Source: Candidatus Helarchaeota archaeon
GTDB lineage: Archaea; Asgardarchaeota; Lokiarchaeia; Helarchaeales; RDOG01
Assembly (NCBI GenBank): GCA_029838215.1
Contig: JALGVI010000060.1
Coordinates: 1-24,672 of the forward strand
Length of the DNA: 24,672 nucleotides
Reading direction: 5' to 3'
Below the pieces are notes generated by a model. The model was not told the DNA's origin. It saw only the letters and a program-made list of their open reading frames with translations, and made no database searches. Of the stretch, positions 17,051 through 24,672 are shown piece by piece; within the stretch, counting starts at the first letter, position 1; each line of letters begins with the position of its first letter. A program made the position numbers and the translations under genes.

Positions 17051-18616
17051 ATGGTTTATATTTTGGTATCAGATGTTGGGACTTCTGGAACAATGACAAG
17101 TCTCATCGATGCTGAAAAAGGACTGATTTTGAAATCCATAGTTCGCGAATATGAAACCATTTATCCTCGGGTTAATTGGGCAGAGCAAGATCCTCTTGTT
17201 TGGTGGCGAACCATCTGTGAAAATACAAGAGATGTAATGAAAGCGTCAAAAATTTCACCAAATGATGTCGATGCTCTTGTTTTCGCCTGTCAAATGATGG
17301 GACTTTTGCCTGTCACGAAAGAAGGGGAACCACTAAACAATTGCATGATATGGCTGGATTCTCGAGCGGCTGAAGTTTCGAAACGATTCTTTAACGTTCT
17401 CTCCACTAAATTTCTTTTGACGCACTTACCACGCATTCTGTCCTTTTTAAAAATTACTGCTGGCGGTCCCGGTCCGAAAGACACGCTCACGAAAATAATG
17501 TGGTTAAAAGAAAAACGTCGCAAAATATATGATCGTTCTTATAAGTTTCTGGATTGTAAGGATTGGTTTATTTATAAGACAACGGGGAATTTTCTGGCAA
17601 CAAGGGATTGTGCAAGCACGACTTGGCTTTTAGACACTCGAAATCCGAAAAAACTTGAATGGTCTTCCAAAATCGCTAGCATGGCAAAAATTGATTTAGA
17701 CAAGATGCCATCTCTACGTAATTCAACAGATATCATGGGTGAATTGAGTTCAGTCGCGGCAGAAGAAATGGGTTTGCGTCCTGGCATACCTGTTATTGGA
17801 GGTGCTGGTGACTTAGGAGCTGCAATGGTGGGGTCTGGTGCCGTTGCAGAGAACGATGTTCATTTGTACGTGGGGTCCAGTGCCTGGCTAATTAGTCCCA
17901 TTCGAAAACGCTTTTATTCAATAAAATATATGATGACCTGCCTTGTTTCTCCCCATCCTGACATTCCATACTTTTTCATAGCCGAACAAGAAAATGCCGG
18001 CGCCTGTTTAAAATGGATCAGAGATGTCATTTCCATGAAAAATGAGAGCTATTCAAACTTGGATGTTCTTGCGAGTCATAGCCCGACTGGCTCAAATAAA
18101 TTGTTTTTCCTTCCATGGATGTATGGCGAACGATCTCCTGTTGAAGGACATGCATTGCGAGGTGGTTTTATTAATCTTGGCTTGAATCATGCAAGAAATG
18201 ACGTTATCCGGTCTGTATTGGAAGGCGTGGCTTTTCATACAAAATGGATGTTGGACGGGTTCGAAATATTGCTCAAGAAGAAGAATGATGCAACGATTGA
18301 CAGGATTAATTTTATTGGTGGTGGTGCAATGAGTGATATTTGGTGTCAGATTTACGCAGACGTTTTTAACAAGCCGATCTTGCAGGTTGCAAATCCAATG
18401 GCATCCGGTGCTTTAGGTGCGGCATTAATCGCAGCATGTGGAATTGGTCAGATCAAGAACTTCACGACTGACGTGAAAGATAGGATCACGATTAAAAAGA
18501 CTTTTCTTCCAAATCAAGAGAATGTAAGAATACTCGAAAAGAATTTTAAAATATTTGTTCGCCTGTATCATCAGTTAAAGGATTTATACATGACGTTGAA
18601 TCATGATAAAGATTAA
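17051..18616 (+). CDS. FGGY-family carbohydrate kinase (xylulokinase-like)
   Basis: DVGTSG, WAEQDP, IWLDSRA, GAGD, YVGSS, FLPWMYGERSP, RSVLEGVAF, GGGAMS and GALGAA motifs. ATG 17051 chosen; GTG 17042 is the alternative. Confidence 0.93.
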   Translation: MVYILVSDVGTSGTMTSLIDAEKGLILKSIVREYETIYPRVNWAEQDPLVWWRTICENTRDVMKASKISPNDVDALVFACQMMGLLPVTKEGEPLNNCMIWLDSRAAEVSKRFFNVLSTKFLLTHLPRILSFLKITAGGPGPKDTLTKIMWLKEKRRKIYDRSYKFLDCKDWFIYKTTGNFLATRDCASTTWLLDTRNPKKLEWSSKIASMAKIDLDKMPSLRNSTDIMGELSSVAAEEMGLRPGIPVIGGAGDLGAAMVGSGAVAENDVHLYVGSSAWLISPIRKRFYSIKYMMTCLVSPHPDIPYFFIAEQENAGACLKWIRDVISMKNESYSNLDVLASHSPTGSNKLFFLPWMYGERSPVEGHALRGGFINLGLNHARNDVIRSVLEGVAFHTKWMLDGFEILLKKKNDATIDRINFIGGGAMSDIWCQIYADVFNKPILQVANPMASGALGAALIAACGIGQIKNFTTDVKDRITIKKTFLPNQENVRILEKNFKIFVRLYHQLKDLYMTLNHDKD

Positions 18617-18619
18617 AAC

Positions 18620-19915
<1,296 letters not shown>

Positions 19916-20093
19916 TCATACCTTTACTGAATCTGTTGATAATCGGATTTTTTTATTCTGAAATAATCCAAAAATATTACCATAGTTTGCATTTTTATTT
20001 CTTTCCTTGACAAATCCCGCAGAAAAAGAAACATTCAAGATTAACTTAATGAAGATATTTACTGGATTAAATGGAAAAATGATTTAATTCCTA

Positions 20094-21218
20094 TTAATAG
20101 ATGGCATTTGATAGAAGATGCTGATTTCCAATCTTTACTCGTCTAAGTCCTTCGTCTCTTGCTGCCTTTAGACAACGGTTGGCATGACTTTTGCTTGTTC
20201 TTGGTAGGTCATTGAGATAAAAATGCGGATAGAAACCCAATAATGAATATGGGATGTTGGGATTGATGCCTGCGATCATTCTTGCAATCTCACGGACCTC
20301 ATCTTCATCAACATATCCCGGAATCAATAAAGTTGTTCCGATCAAGAGCGGTATGTCCGGGCACTCCGGGACGCTTTTTGCGAGCAATTTAAAATTTTCA
20401 AGTGTTCGTTTGTTCGAAACACCGCATAAAGCCTTGTGAAGATTTTCATCGTGGCACTTCAAGTCAATTTTTATGCATCCCCCTGAATCCAATGCAATAT
20501 CACGTGCTCGTTTAAGTAATTGCCAAGACATGCCTCCATTCGTTTCCCAACAAACACGCAAGATCTGTTTGTTTTTCCTTGCTTTTTCTACCGCTAATTC
20601 TGAAGTCCTCAGGCTATGTATCATTTGCGGACTTGGATCTCCACCAAAATAACAAATACAGCTCACTTTTTTATGAATCTCCGCAACCAAGTCTTCAGGA
20701 CGAATTAATTTTGGTTTCTTCTTGACTGACATCTCTCGAAAATGCCAGTTTTGACAAAAAAGACAATTGAAGTTACATGCTCCATAAAAAACTGCAAGAT
20801 TAAAATACCCTCGTTCGGGACCTTGCACGTTTGCGTGAGTTGGATAACCACATCCCGTACCTGCGGGACATACCCAGCTTGCGCAACAATTTGTCGGATT
20901 AGGATCAAAATAATAACTCAAAATTCCTTGTTTTTTAGTCCCTGCGTGTCGAACCAAAGAATTCTCCACGTTTTCTACTAGACCGCAAAAACCACGTTCT
21001 CCTTGTTGTATGATGCATTCATTCAAACAAATCTTACATTGGAGACCGTCTATAGATTTTGGAGGTTGAAGTGGAAGATCAAACCGTTTTCTACTCTTTT
21101 CGTGAGTTTTTTTAATTTTTTCATCTAACTCTACCGATTTTTTTCGGATGCAATCCGCGCACGCTTCAAAAACGCGTGTTACTATTGTTTCCTTACCACA
21201 AAAACGACACTTCGTGAT
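20094..21218 (-). CDS. Radical SAM protein (PflA/AmmeMemoRadiSam-like) with a Cys-rich N-terminus; probable ATC start; 374 aa
   Basis: CxxxCxxC (CNFNCLFC), YFGGDP, WETNG, KIDLK, TTLLIPG. The frame is open upstream of track start 21026 through ITKCRFCG...CADC...CKICLNEC, back to a TAA at 21248-21246. Confidence 0.9.
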   Translation of the reverse strand: MTKCRFCGKETIVTRVFEACADCIRKKSVELDEKIKKTHEKSRKRFDLPLQPPKSIDGLQCKICLNECIIQQGERGFCGLVENVENSLVRHAGTKKQGILSYYFDPNPTNCCASWVCPAGTGCGYPTHANVQGPERGYFNLAVFYGACNFNCLFCQNWHFREMSVKKKPKLIRPEDLVAEIHKKVSCICYFGGDPSPQMIHSLRTSELAVEKARKNKQILRVCWETNGGMSWQLLKRARDIALDSGGCIKIDLKCHDENLHKALCGVSNKRTLENFKLLAKSVPECPDIPLLIGTTLLIPGYVDEDEVREIARMIAGINPNIPYSLLGFYPHFYLNDLPRTSKSHANRCLKAARDEGLRRVKIGNQHLLSNAIY

Positions 21219-21223
21219 TTTTT

Positions 21224-21230
21224 CTCCTCC
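21224..21230 (-). promoter_or_regulatory. Shine-Dalgarno GGAGGAG for the radical SAM gene
   Basis: GGAGGAG-AAAAA-ATC on the minus strand. Confidence 0.7.
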
Positions 21231-21266
21231 GTATTGAAGAGCCGATTATTGAATTAATGATCAAAA

Positions 21267-22061
21267 TTAGAGTGGATGTTGAACGCGTTTTGAAATAATT
21301 TTTTCAATATCAAGTATCAAGCCATTTATTTTAATTTCGTCTTTAATGATGGTTTCATGATCTTGACCAATCACCGCCAACAGTGTTTCTTCTTCGATTT
21401 GCTTGATGAGGACGGTGAATCTTTCTCCATATTTAAACTCGATACAAAATCGGTTAATGCCCGTTAATCGTGTTCCATAAATGGCGTTAAATAGTATTTT
21501 TGAGGCGTTTCTATGATTTTCCTGCTTGAATTCATCGATGAGAATGTCGCCCGTAAACGAGAAAATAGCCAGACCTTTAATGTTTTTATTTTTCTTATTA
21601 AATTCAACTAAAAGTCTATGAACTTTTTCTTTTTCATCATCATCGATGTAACGAACATCACCGTGAATGATTTCATCAACGACAGGAATGAACTTGTTGA
21701 AGTATTCAAGCTCTAACCTGCTATCGGATAATTCTTCGGGTGAAAATTCATTTAGGAAAATTGTTTCGATAGTTGTTATCTTGAATAATAAATCAAGGGG
21801 ATTAACCGTAGTTCCTGTTATGGCTGTAAAAACAACATTTTCTTTTTCAGTAAAGATGAATCTCAGGTCTTCCATGTCGATCATTTTCAAATCTGTTTTC
21901 CCAACTTCTCTCGAAAACTTGAGTATTGCCGTGAGAAATCCGATAACCAGAAAAGATTCAACGTTGAAGTCCTGTTTATTTCTGATATAACGAATGAAGG
22001 GACGACCGTTCTTTTTGTTGAAAATAAAAACCGCCTTAACGATCTCGGGTCCTAAGTCCAT
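21267..22061 (-). CDS. Longin-domain + roadblock/LC7-domain fusion protein
   Basis: aa 1-130 fit a longin (AVFIFNKKNGRPF, GFLTAILKFSREV, IDMEDLRFIF, ETIFLNEF, FNKFIPVVDEII). aa ~140-260 fit a roadblock (helix, IKGLAIFSFTGDILI, helix, three strands, helix). ATG 22061 chosen; track start 22064 is TTG. Confidence 0.83.
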   Translation of the reverse strand: MDLGPEIVKAVFIFNKKNGRPFIRYIRNKQDFNVESFLVIGFLTAILKFSREVGKTDLKMIDMEDLRFIFTEKENVVFTAITGTTVNPLDLLFKITTIETIFLNEFSPEELSDSRLELEYFNKFIPVVDEIIHGDVRYIDDDEKEKVHRLLVEFNKKNKNIKGLAIFSFTGDILIDEFKQENHRNASKILFNAIYGTRLTGINRFCIEFKYGERFTVLIKQIEEETLLAVIGQDHETIIKDEIKINGLILDIEKIISKRVQHPL

Positions 22062-22071
22062 CAACAGCTTT

Positions 22072-22080
22072 CCCCTCCTT
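22072..22080 (-). promoter_or_regulatory. Shine-Dalgarno AAGGAGGGG overlapping the GTPase stop codon
   Basis: Minus strand reads GGT TAA GGAGGGG AAAGCTG TTG ATG. Confidence 0.7.
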
Positions 22081-22615
22081 AACCACCTCTACTACTCCTC
22101 ATTAAAAATTCGACCAGTGTTTTAAATGCTTCATCTACATTTTCGCCCGTTGCTGCTGAAGTTTCCGAAAAACACACGATATTTTCGTGTAACTTTGCAA
22201 ACTGCTCCCCATATATTCGTGTTACCAGTCTTTGATCTACAAGGTCAACCTTATTTCCGAGTAGTGCAATTTTTGTTTTTCTTGTCGTGCGTTGTAAGGC
22301 ATCAGTAATCCAAATCGACAGGTTTTCAAAGGTTCGAGGGCGTGTTATGTCATAAACAAGGATTATGCCCTCGGCGTCCCTATAATACAAATGGCGATAA
22401 GAAGTAAACTTACTCTGCCCTGCAATATCCCAAATTATCAATTTAACGCTTTCATTTTCCGTTTCCACGACTTTCGTCATGAACTGCACGCCGATAGTAC
22501 TCTTATAATCCGGTTCAAATGTATTATCGATAAAACGATGAAGCAAACTCGTCTTTCCAACACCGCCATCTCCTAAGAGTAGGATTTTAAAGACGTACTG
22601 GTCGCGTGGTGTCAT
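22079..22615 (-). CDS. Rab-like small GTPase A (178 aa)
   Basis: G1 GDGGVGKTS, G2 STIGVQF, G3 WDIAGQ, YYRDA, LVYDIT, G4 NKVD, G5 ETSA. ATG 22615 follows GAGGAG; the extra 44 N-terminal codons in the track look non-coding. Confidence 0.95.
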   Translation of the reverse strand: MTPRDQYVFKILLLGDGGVGKTSLLHRFIDNTFEPDYKSTIGVQFMTKVVETENESVKLIIWDIAGQSKFTSYRHLYYRDAEGIILVYDITRPRTFENLSIWITDALQRTTRKTKIALLGNKVDLVDQRLVTRIYGEQFAKLHENIVCFSETSAATGENVDEAFKTLVEFLMRSSRGG

Positions 22616-23081
22616 TCGCCTTTCTCCTCGAACTCGAATCGAAATCTGTTTAATTACTTTCAAGTATCCATGTAAAAGATAATCATATAAATGTTTAGCG
22701 GCAAAACTTGCTATAACATGACAGTATGGAAATATATTACTACTCAAATACCATCAATTTGTAAAAACCATTGAATTTTATTTTATCAATTAATGCATGT
22801 TAATTTTAAGTTCATTGAGAAAAGACATTCTAAAAGCCATTTCTGCTCGAAACATTGTTTATATCTCTTTTTTTTATCTTTTTTTGTACTAAATCATTTA
22901 GAAAACTCATGAAAACAAGCTGAAAGAAGTCTTGCTCGAAGAGCTTTCACAAAATTTTTCTTTAGCTTGAAGTTCATCAGAGAGATAAAATTATAAATTT
23001 TGACTTACAATTGACTATAAACAACATACGACTTAAATGCAAAAATTTCTTCGTAAAATTTGATGATTTCGAGGGCTTTGA

Positions 23082-23612
23082 ATGGGCAAAAAGAAAATTT
23101 TCTTAAAAGCCGTTTTGATTGGCGATGGAGGCGTTGGAAAGACTTCCTTGCTTATAAGACATGTTGACAAGAAATTCAGTACTGATTACAAGCCGACTCT
23201 TGGCTTTGATATCAGCCTGAAGACCATAACAGTTCAGGAGAACCAAGTAGAACTCTTGATTTGGGATGTTGCAGGGCAATCCATATTCAAGGAGATTCGG
23301 CAGAGTTACCTTGAAGGGAGTCATTGTGCCTTGCTGGTTTATGACATAACAAATCACGAGACGTTCGATAATACTGGTTTATGGTTAAAAGAACTGAAGA
23401 AATATGCTGGGGAAGTACCCTTTATTTTAGTCGGTAATAAGATCGATCTTCAGGATAAACGCCTCATTTCGGCTGAAAGTGGAGAGGAAAAAGCAAAAGA
23501 ATTAGGTGCTGTTGGATTCTTTGAAACATCTGCTAAAAATGGCGATAAAGTAGATGATGCGTTCGAATTACTAACTAGTAAGAGTGTTCAATTTTTTCAA
23601 TCACAAACATGA
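23082..23612 (+). CDS. Rab-like small GTPase B (176 aa)
   Basis: G1 GDGGVGKTS, G2 PTLGFDI, G3 WDVAGQ, LVYDIT, G4 NKID, G5 ETSAK. Confidence 0.95.
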   Translation: MGKKKIFLKAVLIGDGGVGKTSLLIRHVDKKFSTDYKPTLGFDISLKTITVQENQVELLIWDVAGQSIFKEIRQSYLEGSHCALLVYDITNHETFDNTGLWLKELKKYAGEVPFILVGNKIDLQDKRLISAESGEEKAKELGAVGFFETSAKNGDKVDDAFELLTSKSVQFFQSQT

Positions 23613-23643
23613 TTTCCAATTTCTTTTTATTTATGGCTCAAAA

Positions 23644-24672
23644 TTAAATGGCTTCGGTGGTTTCATCTTCTTTCATTTTTATTCGGAAATAGTCCATGAA
23701 GATGATTTTATCTATTAGAATTGTTTCGATTTGGTCATAAACCTTGATTTCCTTCAGATCTTCTAATAAATTATCGAGTCTTTTGGGTAAATTTGAAGCA
23801 AATATTTTTAACGTTCTACGACCTGTTTTCAAAACATGTTGGACATTTGGAAGTGCTTGAATTTTATTTAATATGTTTTTTGAAAAAAAACGGTACTTGA
23901 AGATTGCCCGGACTGCTTTTCCGTCAGATAATTTATTTATCATTTCAATAGGGTTTCCAAACGCAATTACATGTCCTTTTTTTAAAATTACGATTCTATC
24001 ACAATACGTTGCGGTTTCAAGATCGTGTGAAACGATGATAATTGTAACGTTCATTGTCTTGTTAAGGTGTTTTAAGAAATTCAAGACTTCAATTCGAAGC
24101 GTGGGATCAAGCCCTGTTGTTGGTTCATCGAGGAAAAGAATATCCGGGTCATGAACCAACCCCACGGCAATAGAGACTCGTTTAAGCTCTCCTCCCGAGA
24201 GATTTTTCGCCTTTTTTTTCATGAGTTCTTCATTCTTAAACCCTAATATGTTCAGAATTTTCTTAGCTCGTTTTTTGATTTCACTGGTTGGGATGTTGTA
24301 CATTCTACCGAAATGAATCGCATTTTGAATGGCATTGAAATCCAAATAAACGTCTTCATTACTACCGAGTTGAGGTACAAAACCCGTCTGCATTTTTAGG
24401 CCATCAAGATTTTTTGGATTGGAAACATCCATCCCTAAGACTAGTGCCTTTCCTTTTGTTGGCTTGAGTTGTCCCGTCAACACGCGTAGCGAAGTAGTTT
24501 TGCCCGCCCCTGATGCTCCGATAATTCCCAAGATCTCGCCTTTATTCACGTAAAAAGACACGTTTTCAATTAATTTCGAATGGTCTTTTGTTACCGTTAC
24601 GTTGTCCATTAAAATGGCGTGTTTACTCTCTTTTAAGTTTCCTACACTTTTTCCTATCGTATTGGAAGACAT
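23644..24672 (-). CDS. ABC transporter ATP-binding protein (ABC-2/exporter type) with a C-terminal extension
   Basis: Walker A GASGAGKT, Q-loop FVPQ, signature LSGGE, Walker B LFLDEPT, H-switch VSHD. The ATG is at the window edge, so the true start may lie further upstream. Confidence 0.93.
   Translation of the reverse strand: MSSNTIGKSVGNLKESKHAILMDNVTVTKDHSKLIENVSFYVNKGEILGIIGASGAGKTTSLRVLTGQLKPTKGKALVLGMDVSNPKNLDGLKMQTGFVPQLGSNEDVYLDFNAIQNAIHFGRMYNIPTSEIKKRAKKILNILGFKNEELMKKKAKNLSGGELKRVSIAVGLVHDPDILFLDEPTTGLDPTLRIEVLNFLKHLNKTMNVTIIIVSHDLETATYCDRIVILKKGHVIAFGNPIEMINKLSDGKAVRAIFKYRFFSKNILNKIQALPNVQHVLKTGRRTLKIFASNLPKRLDNLLEDLKEIKVYDQIETILIDKIIFMDYFRIKMKEDETTEAI

Noticed and set aside
22616-22747. 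44-codon N-terminal extension of GTPase A in the ORF track
   Set aside because: ATG 22615 has a GAGGAG site at suitable spacing and gives the normal distance to G1. The extension resembles no domain.
22894-22977. 27-aa minus-strand ORF (MNFKLKKNFVKALRARLLSACFHEFSK) between the two GTPases
   Set aside because: Short, no clear ribosome-binding site, and of a length expected by chance.
23082-23096. MGKKK N-terminus of GTPase B as an Arf-like myristoylation signal
   Set aside because: N-myristoyltransferase is not an established archaeal enzyme, and there is no amphipathic N-terminal helix before strand 1.
24090-24200. ABCG-like wording of the ABC signature region (LSGGELKRVSIAVGL...FLDEPTTGLD)
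   Set aside because: These residues are widespread in prokaryotic ABC-2 ATPases, and no fused membrane domain is present.

Overview
AT-rich, gene-dense archaeal window. An Asgard archaeon is the most likely source (inference from two Rab-like small GTPases, longin/roadblock-type proteins, an archaeal proteasome alpha subunit, a TrmB-family regulator and GGAGG/GGTGA ribosome-binding sites). About 20 protein-coding genes fill it; I saw no tRNA, rRNA, CRISPR array or transposase. Housekeeping and metabolic genes: mandelate racemase/MLE enzyme, K+ channel, psmA, ADP-forming acyl-CoA ligase alpha, extended SDR, FGGY kinase, purA, radical SAM protein and ABC ATPase. Three loci stand out. (1) A Rab-like GTPase is tightly linked to a longin+roadblock fusion gene, with a second Rab-like GTPase head-to-head. 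(2) A 1019-aa protein carries two winged-HTH domains and four tandem catalytically dead PLD-fold (TrmB-sensor-like) repeats, followed by a degenerate Hef/FANCM-like helicase. (3) A TPR protein, a uDENN/longin-like protein and an unknown helical protein form a co-oriented trio. Two corrections to the ORF track: the radical SAM gene extends 64 codons upstream to a probable ATC start behind a perfect Shine-Dalgarno, and ORFs 7314..7862 and 6703..7413 are one frameshifted phytol/dolichol-kinase-family gene. All domain calls come from motif recognition by eye; no searches were run.
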